Below, in pieces: positions 36,787 through 49,550 of a DNA stretch of 64,000 nucleotides (the stretch's first letter is position 1; every line of letters begins with the position of its first letter). The DNA is from an uncultured Acidobacteriota bacterium. Its GTDB lineage: Bacteria; Acidobacteriota; Terriglobia; Acidiferrales; UBA7541. The stretch lies in NCBI GenBank assembly GCA_963841605.1, contig CAWJDM010000016.1, positions 2,405 to 66,404 of the forward strand, read 5' to 3'. Below the pieces are notes generated by a model, which saw nothing but the letters and a program-made list of their open reading frames with translations, was not told the DNA's origin and ran no database searches. Both the position numbers and the translations under genes were made by a program.

Positions 36787-39700
36787 TCATTTCGCGGCGG
36801 ACTTCGGTGGGTCGAGCGTGACCGTGTAGACTTTGCCGTCTCGCATGTAGAGGCGTTCCGCTTCCTGATGATTGAATGGCCGCGAACCGCGCCGCCCGAA
36901 GACGGCGAGCTGGTTCCCGCTTTCGTCCGCGGCGCGATCGCGATCAACTCCCTTTGAAATTGCGAGCGCCGGTCCGTGCGTGCGATATGTCGCGATGAGC
37001 TTTGGCGTGGGGCGCGGGCTGAAGCCGTAGGAATTCGGCGAATCTTCGGGCGACATTAACTGAAGGATGCGCAGGCCGTTGCGTCCATCGGCGACGAAGG
37101 CGAACGCGCTGGCATCCACCATGCCGATTTTGGCGTCCGTGACATCGTTTAGCTTGCCATCGTCGGAAAAGAGCTGGTCGAGCTTCGGATGCTCGGGCTG
37201 CTCGACGTCGACGATCCCCACTCCCTGTTTTCCCGCGGAAACGTAGGCGTAGGTGCGCGCGACGTAGACGTTGCGCGCATCGGGGAATGGCACCAGCGCG
37301 CCCGGGACAATTCTCGGCTGATCCAGCGCGGTCACGTCGAGAACCTTCAGCCCTTGCTTATCGACGACGAAGGCGTAGCGGAACTGGACGTCGATGCCTT
37401 GCGGATCGACGAGCGTGGGGGCGCCGATTTCGGCGGTGACGCGCGGCTTCAGAGGATTATCGAGATCCACGACAACCAGGCCGCGGTCGCAAAGAATGTA
37501 GGCGTAGACGCCGGCGATCGTGATGCGGCGAGCGCCGTTCAAAATGCCGCCGGGATTAAATGCGAGCGCCCGCTTGAGAAAGTTGTTTCGCGGATCGCCG
37601 TCGAGCAGCGTGCTGACGCCGGGGCTTTTGCCTTTGACATTGGGATCGCCGACCACGACGAGGCCTTCGTATTTATCCGCCACGTAGAGGAACGCGTAGA
37701 GGGGATGGATTGGGCCTTCTTCGTTCTTCGGATTTTTCGAGCGCGCCGGATCGAGAGCGAGCGTCGACGGGCTGGCGACATCGGCCGCGTATTTCGTCTT
37801 CAGATAAAAACGCTGGCCGATGGGAGAAACGGGCGCCGTGACAACTTTTTCTGAGAAGCCCTTGTTGTCGATATTCGCGACGTCGTAGATGCGCAGGCCG
37901 CCTTTTCCGGTAGCAGCGTAGAGATACTCGCCGCGGAGCTGCACGTTGAGGACGTCGCCCTCGTGGTGGATGGCGTGCTTGAGCTGGCCCCCTTCGGCCA
38001 CGTGCTTGCGATAGTCGTCCGGATACGCGAGGCGCTGAAGATAGCTGCCGAAAATGGCTGGAGGCTCGTCGTGCTCCGCGGCGGCGACGGCGTCGAAGCC
38101 TTTTTTGCCTTCCGCCACATAAATATAGCGGCCCATGAAATTCACCAGATTCGTGCCCTGCAGCAAAACCTGCGCGAGCCACGCATTGTTGTCGTTCGCT
38201 GCAGTGAGGTGGCAATCGTCGCAGCCCTTCGTTTCTTTCGAGCGGACCGTGTGCGGGACAAACGTGCTGAACGCGGTGCCGGCAAAGCCTTCGGCTGAAA
38301 CGGTCTGCTGCATGTAGTAGAGCCACTCGCGATTCGCATTCTGCGAGCTGACGATGACGGCGCAGGTGGAGCGGGCGGGCGCGATGCGATGGCCCGTGAC
38401 GGTGCCGTCGATGCCGAGCATGAATCCGTCATCGCGGAGAACCTGGAAGGCGTAGCTGGTCCAATTGCGCGTGATCAAGCCTTCGTTGTGGAGCATGGGC
38501 TTGCGTTGATTCGCCATCATGGAGAGATGGCAGCCCCAGCAGTTGGTGGTCCATGAAGTGTGGCAGGCGTAGCAGGTCATTTTGCTATTGGGATGCGCGA
38601 GCTGAGATGAATCGGCGGGGACGCTGCCCCAAGTCTTGCCGTCGAGCTGAACCGTTTTCGCCCAGCGCGATTTTTCGCTGTAGTGCGGATTGCCGGGCGT
38701 GATCGTGTCAAGAGTTTGGACAACTTCCCACTCGAGATTGGGTTCGACCATCGACCGCTGGTAAAGCTTGCCGTCCCGCCATTCGAAGCGGCGCTCGCGC
38801 CACGGTGTGCGCAGAGTCTCAAGATGCGTGCCGCCATTGGGAGCGGCGGGTCCCGAGGTGATCAGCGTGGCGTGTTGGTCGATCGTGCCGTGGCAATCGA
38901 TGCAATCGAGTTCGATGGCCGCGCGCGGCTCGGCGTAGAGGTTGCCGTTGCCGTGATTATCCTGCTCGAAATGGCAATCGATGCACTGCATGCCTTTTTC
39001 GAGGTGAATGTCTTTCAGGTGGACGGCCTTAGCGAATTTCCGCGGATCATCGGGCGAGACGATTTTGTCGTCGGCGTCGAGCAGATTGCCCTTGCGATCG
39101 CGCTTGAAGACGGCGCGGAAGATCCATCCGTGGCTGTGGAAATCGGCGAACTGATCGGTTTTGAGCTTCTTATTGAATTCCGGCGTGCCAACTTGCTCGA
39201 GAAACTTCGGATCGGCCCAAAGACCCTTCGCGGCAGCCGGCTCCGGATTTCGCAGCGCAACCTGATATCGCTCCTCATCCGTCGGATTTTTCTGGTTCTT
39301 CGGATACATCAGCTCGCCGTCCGCCTCGTTGTCCCACCAGGTGTAGCCGAAGTAGGTCGTTTCCATGTTCGTGCCGGGATGGACATGGCAGACCATGCAC
39401 TGGCTCGAAGGAATCGCTCGCGTGAACGAGTGGCGAATCGGATGGCCCGACTCATTTTGGGAGATCGTGGGATCGGAGGTGACGGTATATCCCATGTTTC
39501 CGTACTTGGCGTACGGGCCGGAGTGGTCGGACGAGCGGTCGTTTGCGTAGACGACGTGGCACGCCGTGCAGCCGCTGGCACGATAATCGCCCGCTTCATC
39601 GTTGGTTCCGGGCAGGTACAGGAGCGGATCGAGGAGGCGCGTTTTTTGCAGGCCGAGGAAAACAGGATCGGTGCGCAGCTCGGTGCCGAAGCCGCGATCG

Positions 39701-40587
39701 CTCAACTTGTCGTCCGGGTGGCCGGATTCTTCCTCGCGATTCGGATTGCCGATCTCGCCCTTCTTTTCGCCGCCGCGCTCGAAGACGCGCAGGACGTTGC
39801 CGGGCTGCGAAATTTCCCACCGTTCGAGCGGGGCGATTTCCGGGAGGATGCCCTTGGCGCGCGTTTCCTCCGGCGTAGGAGGCGGCATCGTGAACACGGC
39901 CTGCGGCGTGCCGTCGGCCGAATAGCTCTCGCCGAAATGCGAATCCTTTAGAGGATACGCACCGTTGTTATAGAGGGCGGCGCCCCAGAGCAGGGAGCCC
40001 GTGGTCATCAGGCTGGTTTGCACGCGGCGGACTTCGCTCACGTGGCAGCCAGATTGGCCGCAGGTTTGCGGAGCGACGCGCAGATCGCCCGGATTGATGA
40101 ATCGAATGTAGTCATAGTTCTCGTGCAGCCATTCGGTGTAGGGGCGGACGGGATTCGCGGAGCTGCGCGCCCATTCGGGGATGGTGGACTTGGGATGCGC
40201 GCGATTTTTGGCGTCTTCGTACTGGGCGGAGCCCATCTGCGCGCCGGGAAGAACGTGAACGCTCGAATCTCCGCCGTGGCAATCGATGCAGGCGAGGCGG
40301 ACGGTGCCTGTCGGGTGCATCGTGGGCTGGTCCGTAGTCGTGTGGCAGCTCACGCAGCCCGCATTTTTTCGGTCGACATCCGCCTGGGATTGGCCCTCGG
40401 GGCTGGCCTGCAGCGCGTTTCTCTGCTGCGGCGGCTGTTGCGACGGCGGGGAATCTTCCGTTTGCGCACGCGATGCGGAATCTGCCACGAGCGCGAGACA
40501 CACGGCGGCGAGCAGCATCAGCAGCGGAAGAAACACACGCCGCGTCCGCCTGCTCGATCCGCGCATCGATTGGGCCAGAAAATCCAT
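36787..40587 (-). CDS. Secreted multihaem c-type cytochrome (9 CxxCH + 1 CX4CH) fused to a C-terminal LVIVD-repeat beta-propeller
   Basis: Signal peptide ([23 protein letters not shown]). Haem motifs CVSCH, CIDCH, CGQSGCH, CTACH, CMVCH, CIDCH, CIDCH, CYACH, CWGCH, CDDCH are spread over about 750 aa. The C-terminal ~400 aa carry LVIVD-type repeats ([68 protein letters not shown]). Confidence 0.85.
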   Translation of the reverse strand: MDFLAQSMRGSSRRTRRVFLPLLMLLAAVCLALVADSASRAQTEDSPPSQQPPQQRNALQASPEGQSQADVDRKNAGCVSCHTTTDQPTMHPTGTVRLACIDCHGGDSSVHVLPGAQMGSAQYEDAKNRAHPKSTIPEWARSSANPVRPYTEWLHENYDYIRFINPGDLRVAPQTCGQSGCHVSEVRRVQTSLMTTGSLLWGAALYNNGAYPLKDSHFGESYSADGTPQAVFTMPPPTPEETRAKGILPEIAPLERWEISQPGNVLRVFERGGEKKGEIGNPNREEESGHPDDKLSDRGFGTELRTDPVFLGLQKTRLLDPLLYLPGTNDEAGDYRASGCTACHVVYANDRSSDHSGPYAKYGNMGYTVTSDPTISQNESGHPIRHSFTRAIPSSQCMVCHVHPGTNMETTYFGYTWWDNEADGELMYPKNQKNPTDEERYQVALRNPEPAAAKGLWADPKFLEQVGTPEFNKKLKTDQFADFHSHGWIFRAVFKRDRKGNLLDADDKIVSPDDPRKFAKAVHLKDIHLEKGMQCIDCHFEQDNHGNGNLYAEPRAAIELDCIDCHGTIDQHATLITSGPAAPNGGTHLETLRTPWRERRFEWRDGKLYQRSMVEPNLEWEVVQTLDTITPGNPHYSEKSRWAKTVQLDGKTWGSVPADSSQLAHPNSKMTCYACHTSWTTNCWGCHLSMMANQRKPMLHNEGLITRNWTSYAFQVLRDDGFMLGIDGTVTGHRIAPARSTCAVIVSSQNANREWLYYMQQTVSAEGFAGTAFSTFVPHTVRSKETKGCDDCHLTAANDNNAWLAQVLLQGTNLVNFMGRYIYVAEGKKGFDAVAAAEHDEPPAIFGSYLQRLAYPDDYRKHVAEGGQLKHAIHHEGDVLNVQLRGEYLYAATGKGGLRIYDVANIDNKGFSEKVVTAPVSPIGQRFYLKTKYAADVASPSTLALDPARSKNPKNEEGPIHPLYAFLYVADKYEGLVVVGDPNVKGKSPGVSTLLDGDPRNNFLKRALAFNPGGILNGARRITIAGVYAYILCDRGLVVVDLDNPLKPRVTAEIGAPTLVDPQGIDVQFRYAFVVDKQGLKVLDVTALDQPRIVPGALVPFPDARNVYVARTYAYVSAGKQGVGIVDVEQPEHPKLDQLFSDDGKLNDVTDAKIGMVDASAFAFVADGRNGLRILQLMSPEDSPNSYGFSPRPTPKLIATYRTHGPALAISKGVDRDRAADESGNQLAVFGRRGSRPFNHQEAERLYMRDGKVYTVTLDPPKSAAK

Positions 40588-40599
40588 TCCGTCTCCCGC

Positions 40600-43065
40600 T
40601 CAGAACTGAAAGCGAATGTCGGTAAAGAGCGAAAACAGCGTCTTGCCGCCGTAGATATCCCGGAAGCCTTGCCCCGGAGTCAATCCAGCAGCGCCAGCCG
40701 TGATCGAAAAGTTTTCCGTGAGCGGCGGGCGGTAGCGAACGCCGACGCTGTAGTCGTACCCGATGGGGCGGTGAATGTTACCTTGAAACAGCAGCAGCTG
40801 CAGCGGCTCCGTGCGCATGAATTGCAGATAGTTTACGTTCACGAACGCTTGCAGCTTGGGAGTGAGATCGAGATTCGTCCCAGCGTTGATCAAAAAGATG
40901 CCGGGATTCACAAAATTCGACTGGCCTTCAAATTTGCTCGAGCGCAGGTCGGGCAGGATGCTATCGGGCGGCGTGAGCAGCACACCCGAGCCGGTGAGGC
41001 GAATGCCTTCGCGATCCCAGAGGCTGAAAATGCCGCCCGCGAATTCCGGGGAATCGTCGATGGAATCGAAGCCGCGGGCGCGACCGCTGCGGGGATCGGC
41101 GGAGCCGGACGCGTACATTCCCGAAATCTTGAAGCGCGCCCAGTCTTTGTCGATGGAAAGCTCGGCGGCGGCGAACTGCGCGTTGATCGTGACGGGACGG
41201 TTGGCGATCGGATTGTAGCTGTCGTTGCCGAGCACCTGATAGAACGCGTTCGTGATGTTCAGCCGCCCGATGTGGCCGTCGCCGGTCCAGCCGAGATAGA
41301 CGGCGTGGATCGCATGCGCACGAATCATGCCGTCGGAAACAACGCCTCCGATCGGCGCGGGGCGCACCAGGAAGCCGTTGTCGTCGTAGTGGATGGTGGC
41401 TTGATCGATGTTGTAGTGCACGCTGAATTGCGCGGTGTAACCGGGAACGAGAAAATCCTGGCGGTAGACATTCGCGAGGATCAGTTGCTGATTGCGCAGC
41501 GCCATCGAATTCAGGTCGCTATTGGTATTTTTCTCGAGGAAATTGAAGTAGGCGAGATTGTACTGCCAGCGATTATTCGAATAGTTCCCAAAGAATCGCA
41601 CTCCCGGCTGCTCGTCGACGAAAAGAAACCCGCGAAAATCGCTGTTGAACTCCTGAATTCCCGCGCGCACGGAGACGAAATCGAAATTGGGGCTGAGGTC
41701 GCGCAGTTTCAACTCGCCGAACGCTTCCTGCAGCCCGATATGCGAATCGAGGCGCGTGGTGCCTTTCCGCACGTCGATATTGACGATGCCCTGCTCCTGC
41801 ACGTCGAGGTAGTTGAGGCTGACCACTGGCGTCACGCGAATCCGCCAATCGATTGGGCGAAACGACGCGTCGCCGTGAAACAGGTCGAACGAGAAGAGGA
41901 AAGTCTGATCCAGGAATAGCTGCTCGCCCTTGCCGAAAAATCCGGGCTCGCCGGGGCGTGCGGTGCTGACGTCGCTCGGCGTCGGCAGGCGGCGGCCGTC
42001 GAGGAATGTGTCGCTCACAGCGGTGAGATCGAAGAAAGTCTGCTGGCCGAAGACAGGGTAATCGCCCTTCAGCTTGTTACGATCGAACGGGTCGAAGCGA
42101 TGGCTTTTCACGTAGGGCCGCTCGTTGCCAACTCCGTAGCGGTCCCAATTCGGCATAGGAACGGTCCAGCGATCCGGCTCGGGGACGAAAACTTTGTTGG
42201 CGGGCGGAAGCGGTGGTGGCGTCGTCGCGGTTTCGGTCGAAGGCGGCTGCCCATTTTTAAGCCGCTGCACCACGCCGGGATATGGCGGAGCGGCCTGCGA
42301 CGGCGGTGCGGTTGAAGGCGGCGCCGCGGAAGCTTTCACCTCCGGCATTTCCGGGACGTGTTGCAGCGGCGGAGTGACGGTCGAAATTGGCGCGAGCTTG
42401 ATGTCGCGATCGAGCACCTGGCCGAGGCCCACACTGATGTCGGATTCCGTGTAGGAAGTGTAGCCGTCGTGCGTAATCTTCAGCTCGTAATGCCCCGGCG
42501 CCAGATCGAGCACGCGAAAGACGCCGTCGGCTGTTCCGGTTTGCTGCCGCGTCTCGCCGGTATCGATGTTGCGCAGCGAAATCGCTGCGCCCACCACCGC
42601 CTGCCCGCTTGGGTCGCGAATCGTTCCTTCGATGGCGCCCGTCCGGATCGGCTTCGATTGAGGCAGGCGCTCCTGCTGTGGATTGGACTGTGGGCGAGCC
42701 GGAGATCGGGCTGGCGAGTCTCCGGCGGCTAGAGCGATCGGCATCAGCGCTGTTCCGGTCACATCGGACCGACGGGGCGCGTGAAGGGAGGCGAGGCTTG
42801 CGCGTTGCCGTTTGCGCCCGGGAGCCCGCCGCGTGGCCGCCCGCCGCACCCGGCGAAGGTGGCTGCGGCTGCGCCTATGTCCGCTCATGCGCGCGTGAGT
42901 CGCATGTATCCGATGGTGCGCCTTTGTGTGCACGCTGGTTCGGCCGGCTACACGCGCGCGCATCGCGAAAGGTCCGGTGCAGGGAAACGCCAGCAATAGC
43001 AGAGAAAGGTATACCGCGACCCGGAGTGATGCTTGTTTGCGGAGGATGTGGGGTGCGGGGAACAT
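40600..43065 (-). CDS. Predicted outer-membrane beta-barrel protein with N-terminal carboxypeptidase-regulatory-like domain and Pro-rich linker
   Basis: ORF 40600..43143 trimmed to Met27 (MFPAPHILRKQASLRVAVYLSLLLLAFPCTGPFA, signal-like); the start is uncertain. GAIEGTIRDPSGQAVVGAAISLRN...DGVFRVLDLAPGHYEL (CarboxypepD_reg). About 540-aa C-terminal region with alternating-hydrophobic strands and a terminal ...FTDIRFQF (OMP C-terminal Phe signature). 12 nt upstream of the multihaem gene. Confidence 0.7.
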   Translation of the reverse strand: MFPAPHILRKQASLRVAVYLSLLLLAFPCTGPFAMRARVAGRTSVHTKAHHRIHATHARMSGHRRSRSHLRRVRRAATRRAPGRKRQRASLASLHAPRRSDVTGTALMPIALAAGDSPARSPARPQSNPQQERLPQSKPIRTGAIEGTIRDPSGQAVVGAAISLRNIDTGETRQQTGTADGVFRVLDLAPGHYELKITHDGYTSYTESDISVGLGQVLDRDIKLAPISTVTPPLQHVPEMPEVKASAAPPSTAPPSQAAPPYPGVVQRLKNGQPPSTETATTPPPLPPANKVFVPEPDRWTVPMPNWDRYGVGNERPYVKSHRFDPFDRNKLKGDYPVFGQQTFFDLTAVSDTFLDGRRLPTPSDVSTARPGEPGFFGKGEQLFLDQTFLFSFDLFHGDASFRPIDWRIRVTPVVSLNYLDVQEQGIVNIDVRKGTTRLDSHIGLQEAFGELKLRDLSPNFDFVSVRAGIQEFNSDFRGFLFVDEQPGVRFFGNYSNNRWQYNLAYFNFLEKNTNSDLNSMALRNQQLILANVYRQDFLVPGYTAQFSVHYNIDQATIHYDDNGFLVRPAPIGGVVSDGMIRAHAIHAVYLGWTGDGHIGRLNITNAFYQVLGNDSYNPIANRPVTINAQFAAAELSIDKDWARFKISGMYASGSADPRSGRARGFDSIDDSPEFAGGIFSLWDREGIRLTGSGVLLTPPDSILPDLRSSKFEGQSNFVNPGIFLINAGTNLDLTPKLQAFVNVNYLQFMRTEPLQLLLFQGNIHRPIGYDYSVGVRYRPPLTENFSITAGAAGLTPGQGFRDIYGGKTLFSLFTDIRFQF

Positions 43066-43295
43066 CCCCTCGTGATCTCGCTTGGCCCGCGTCAGTTGCG
43101 AGTCGGGTAGTGCTTGGTTATCACAGTTCCCAAGGTCGTTCAAGCGCTAATCGGCCCGGAGAGTGTCCCGTTGCCCACAACGTTTCACGCGATAGCTGCA
43201 AGCTGCAGTCGTGCCGCCCGGAGAACCGAATCGGTGGAGCAATCGGCTGCAAGCGTAGTTTGAGAACCATCCCGGCTATGGTAAGAATAGGAGCC

Positions 43296-44909
43296 ATGTG
43301 CAAGGCGCCGGCCCGCCGAAAGCCAAGGCCCACCGCGACTCGATGGATCCTGCTCTGTCTGCTGTTGTCCGCCGCGATGTGCGGTTGCGGCGGCGGTGGC
43401 AGCGGCGCGAGCGATCCCGGCCCGACGCAATATCCGCAGCCGCCTGCGGGTTCCGCGTACTTGACGCAGAGCGATGTGATGACGATCGTGCAGACCGCCG
43501 CCGCAACCGCCGATCCCAGCACCATGGCGATTGCGGTAACCGATCGGGTTGGGAACATTCTTGCAGTGTGGGAAGGCGCCGGCATGCCGGCGACATCCAC
43601 GGGAAATTTCGGGCAAGCCACTCCGACGGGCGAGCTGGCCGTGAATCTTGCCCGCACAGCTTCGTTTTTCAGCAACGATCAGGCGCCGCTTTCCTCCCGC
43701 ACTGTCCGCTACATTAGCGGCATTCATTTTCCCCCGGGCATCGCGAACACACCGAACGCCGCGCTCTACGGCATCGAGACTACGAATCGAGGCTGCACGC
43801 TATCCTCGAACTACCTTCCGGGGCAGGCGATCCCCGCGCCGACCACAATCAATGGATTGCCGGACCACTACGGGATTATCACGGGCAAGGCGGACGTTAA
43901 CGACAGCGACTCGACCGCCGTGAATCCGGGCGGCGTGCCCATTTTCAAGTCGGGCCACATCGTGGGGGGCGTGGGCATCGCGGGCGTGCCGCTCGACGTT
44001 GCGGAATTCGTTGCGTATACCGCAGCGGGGCTGATTGGCGTCTCGTCGGCTGACGCCGATGGGATCGGCTTTCAGCCGCTGCCCGCGCCGGGCGAAGTGG
44101 TGATCGACGGAATCGCGCTGCCGTTTGTCGATAATACGACACCGCCGAGCGACCTGACGCCGGCCACCGCGCCGTTTGATTCCTCGAGATACGTCTCGGG
44201 GCCGATCACGGATCCGATTGCCGGGCCGCTGCCCGAAGGCTACCTGGTGGGTCCCATGGCCGCGCCATTGGGCGGGCTCAGCGCGAGCCAGGTGGACAGC
44301 ATCATCCAGAACGCGGTGAATACGGCCGATCAGACGCGAGCGCTGATTCGTCTGCCTCCCGGCGCGCGGGCGCGCATGATGATCGCGGTCAGCGATCTCG
44401 ACGGGACGATCGTCGGCATGTACCGCATGCACGATGCGACCGTTTTCAGCATCGACGTGGCTGCCACCAAGGCGCGCAACGTGATCTATTTCAGCGGGCC
44501 GAATCGCACCGCCGGTGATTTGCCCGGCGTGCCGATGGGGACGGCAGTTACGAATCGCACGATCGGCTTTGGAGCGCAGCCGCTGTTTCCGCCGGGAATC
44601 AACGGATCGTCGCTGGGGCCGTTCTTTGGGCTTTACACATCGGATGCCGCGAACCCGTGCACCCAGGGCGCTGATACGGGGCCGAATCAGAGCGGCGTGG
44701 TGTTTTTCCCGGGCTCGGAGCCTCTGTACGTGAATGGAGTGCTGGTGGGCGGGCTGGGCGTTAGCGGGGATGGAGTCGATCAGGATGATTACGTCACGGC
44801 GGGCGGGGCCACGGGATATGCGCCGCCGGCGAGTATCCAGGCGGACCAGGTCGTGATCGACGGCGTTCGGTTGCCGTTCATGCATTTCCCGCGAAATCCG
44901 ACGGATTAG
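43296..44909 (+). CDS. Probable lipoprotein with two GlcG/HbpS-like (DUF336, haem-binding/'haem-degrading') domains
   Basis: ORF 42609..44909 trimmed to Met230 (AGGAG RBS; MCKAPARRKPRPTATRWILLCLLLSAAMCGCGGGG). Two DUF336 signatures (SGHIVGGVGIAGVPLDVAEFVA and NGVLVGGLGVSGDGVDQDDYV). Confidence 0.7.
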   Translation: MCKAPARRKPRPTATRWILLCLLLSAAMCGCGGGGSGASDPGPTQYPQPPAGSAYLTQSDVMTIVQTAAATADPSTMAIAVTDRVGNILAVWEGAGMPATSTGNFGQATPTGELAVNLARTASFFSNDQAPLSSRTVRYISGIHFPPGIANTPNAALYGIETTNRGCTLSSNYLPGQAIPAPTTINGLPDHYGIITGKADVNDSDSTAVNPGGVPIFKSGHIVGGVGIAGVPLDVAEFVAYTAAGLIGVSSADADGIGFQPLPAPGEVVIDGIALPFVDNTTPPSDLTPATAPFDSSRYVSGPITDPIAGPLPEGYLVGPMAAPLGGLSASQVDSIIQNAVNTADQTRALIRLPPGARARMMIAVSDLDGTIVGMYRMHDATVFSIDVAATKARNVIYFSGPNRTAGDLPGVPMGTAVTNRTIGFGAQPLFPPGINGSSLGPFFGLYTSDAANPCTQGADTGPNQSGVVFFPGSEPLYVNGVLVGGLGVSGDGVDQDDYVTAGGATGYAPPASIQADQVVIDGVRLPFMHFPRNPTD

Positions 44910-45156
44910 CCTCCCGCAAACCCAGTCGGCAGACCTGTGCGAAAACTGTCCTTGAGTACAGCTTGTTCCCGACGCAAAAATTTGTCAGCGTAGTTGTAGC
45001 GGCAATGTCGCCCGCCCTCCGGGAGAGGGCCGAATGCTCTTTGAAAACCCGATATCCACACAAGAAACTTCGGCATGACCGCGCCCGCACGAGCCTTGGG
45101 GCCCTGATTTGAATGTAGAGCCGCGCTCTTTAAGAGGCTGCGGAAAAAATGCCGAC

Positions 45157-45248
45157 CTGTCATTCCGAGGGCGGGTTTGCCCGAGGAATCTGCTCTTTTC
45201 TTTGCAGTTGTGCAGAGAGCGGATCCGTCGCTTCGCCCGGGATGACAG
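45157..45248. repeat. MITE/REP-like element with imperfect terminal inverted repeats
   Basis: ctgtcattccgagggcg ... cgcccgggatgacag (ends are inverted and imperfect). The left part, ctgtcattccgagggcgggtttgcccgaggaatctg, is shared with 27308-27385 (opposite orientation). The cgggatgacag motif also occurs at 9932-9942. Confidence 0.5.
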
Positions 45249-45298
45249 CAACGGGGCAGCACCTCTTAGCGCAGCATTTCTTGTTCTCCCGAGGACCG

Positions 45299-45389
45299 CA
45301 TTTCTAATCGACATTTGGCGATTAGAAATGGCCGCAACGCATTGAAAACAAACGACGGGCACCCACTCTAATCGACACGTCTGCGGCAC
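45299..45389. repeat. Dispersed ~91-nt repeat with palindromic core, copy 2
   Basis: catttctaatcg-acatttgg-cgattagaaat (45300-45329) ...gaaaacaaa... ctctaatcgacacgtctgcggcac. Same orientation as 20045-20135. Confidence 0.8.
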
Positions 45390-45407
45390 GCCAATTTCGC
45401 GTCCGCG

Positions 45408-46814
45408 TTAGCCTTCGCGGAGCTTGTGGCTGGCCAGATTGCCGAGGCCGTCGTAGGCGGCGTACTTGTACATTTCCGAGAGCGTGGGGAAATTGAAGAC
45501 AAAGGCGATGAAGAGATCGATCGTGCCGCCTGCCTCAAGGACTGCCATTCCCGTGTGAATCAGCTCGGTGGCTTGTTCGCCGATGATATGAACGCCGAGC
45601 AGCTTGCGATCGTCGCGCCGGAAGAGCAGCTTCAGCAGCCCCGAGGTGTCGCCGACCATGGCGCCCCGCACGTTGTTTGCATAATGCGCGCGGCCAACTA
45701 CGTAGTCGATGTGATGCTCCCGGCAGGATTCTTCGCTTTCGCCGACAGCCGAAATTTCCGGAATCGTGTAAACGCCCATCGGAAGCTGCGAAGCGAGCCG
45801 CTTTTTGTAATCGAATCCGAAAGCGTGGCAGACGGCGACGCGGCCCTGCTCCATCGAAGTTGATGCGAGGGCGGGAAAGCCGATGACGTCGCCGGCGGCG
45901 TAGATGTGCGGGATCGAGGTCTGATACGACTCGTTGACGTCGATGTAGCCTCGCTGATTCAGCGTGAGCCCGATTTTTTCGAGGGCGAGGCCTTCGACGG
46001 TGCCGCGCCGGCCCGCGGCGAAGAGAACCGCGTCGGCATCGAGAATCTTTCCGGATTTGAGCTGCAAGCGCACGGCGCTCGAGGCGTGCTCGGTCTTGGC
46101 GACGCGCTCCTCGAGATAGCACTGAACGCCGAGCCCAGTCAGGCGCTCGCGCAAAAGCTTGCTCAATTCAGCATCGAGAAATGGTAGGAGACGATCGCGC
46201 CCATCGACCAGCGAGACTTTCACTCCGAGCGCCGTGAAGATCGAGGCGTACTCGCAGCCGATCACGCCGCCGCCCACCACGATCAGGCTTTGCGGCAGGC
46301 GGTCCATTTGCAAGATCGAGTCGGAATCGAAGATGGACTTGTCGTCGAACGGAATTTCGGCTGGGCGATGCGGGCGCGATCCGGTGGCGATCAGGATGAC
46401 GTCGCCCCGCAGCCGCTCCGGCGATTTCTTGGGAGACGCAACAGCGACCGTGTGCGGATCCTCGAAAGAGCCCGTGCCCCAGAAGACGTCGACGTGATGC
46501 GCCGCGAGATTCTTTTTGATTTCCTGGCGCTCGATTTCGACGAGAACGTTCTTGCGGTGCGTAAAACCCTCGACCGTGAGCCCTTCGCGCAAGGAATAGT
46601 CGATGCCGTATAGCCCGCGCTGCTTCAAGCCGGAAAAATAGAGCGCGGATTCGCGCAGGATTTTGCTGGGAATCGTCCCGGAATTAACGCACGCGCCGCC
46701 GGGCTCGGCCTCCGACTCGACGAGCGCGACACGTCTTCCGAAATACGCCGCTTGCGCCGCCGCCTTCTCTCCGGCCGGGCCGGAACCAATCACTACCAGA
46801 TCATAGGATTGCAC
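45408..46814 (-). CDS. sthA: Soluble Si-specific NAD(P)+ transhydrogenase
   Basis: YDLVVIGSGPAGEKAA FAD fold. GGACVNSGTIPSK has a single Cys, with Thr replacing the second redox Cys, as in SthA/UdhA and unlike lipoamide dehydrogenase CxxxxC. Second dinucleotide fold (LIVVGGGVIGCEYA). C-terminal dimerisation domain. Confidence 0.8.
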   Translation of the reverse strand: MQSYDLVVIGSGPAGEKAAAQAAYFGRRVALVESEAEPGGACVNSGTIPSKILRESALYFSGLKQRGLYGIDYSLREGLTVEGFTHRKNVLVEIERQEIKKNLAAHHVDVFWGTGSFEDPHTVAVASPKKSPERLRGDVILIATGSRPHRPAEIPFDDKSIFDSDSILQMDRLPQSLIVVGGGVIGCEYASIFTALGVKVSLVDGRDRLLPFLDAELSKLLRERLTGLGVQCYLEERVAKTEHASSAVRLQLKSGKILDADAVLFAAGRRGTVEGLALEKIGLTLNQRGYIDVNESYQTSIPHIYAAGDVIGFPALASTSMEQGRVAVCHAFGFDYKKRLASQLPMGVYTIPEISAVGESEESCREHHIDYVVGRAHYANNVRGAMVGDTSGLLKLLFRRDDRKLLGVHIIGEQATELIHTGMAVLEAGGTIDLFIAFVFNFPTLSEMYKYAAYDGLGNLASHKLREG

Positions 46815-46844
46815 AGGGCCTCCGAAATTCGGAATCGCATTCCA

Positions 46845-49544
<2,700 letters not shown>

Positions 49545-49550
49545 CGGTGC

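Noticed and set aside
42609-43295. N-terminal 229 codons of the 766-aa ORF that contains the GlcG-like protein.
   Set aside because: This part overlaps the OMP gene on the opposite strand and is Arg/Gly/Cys-rich nonsense. A lipoprotein-type signal with an RBS starts at 43296.
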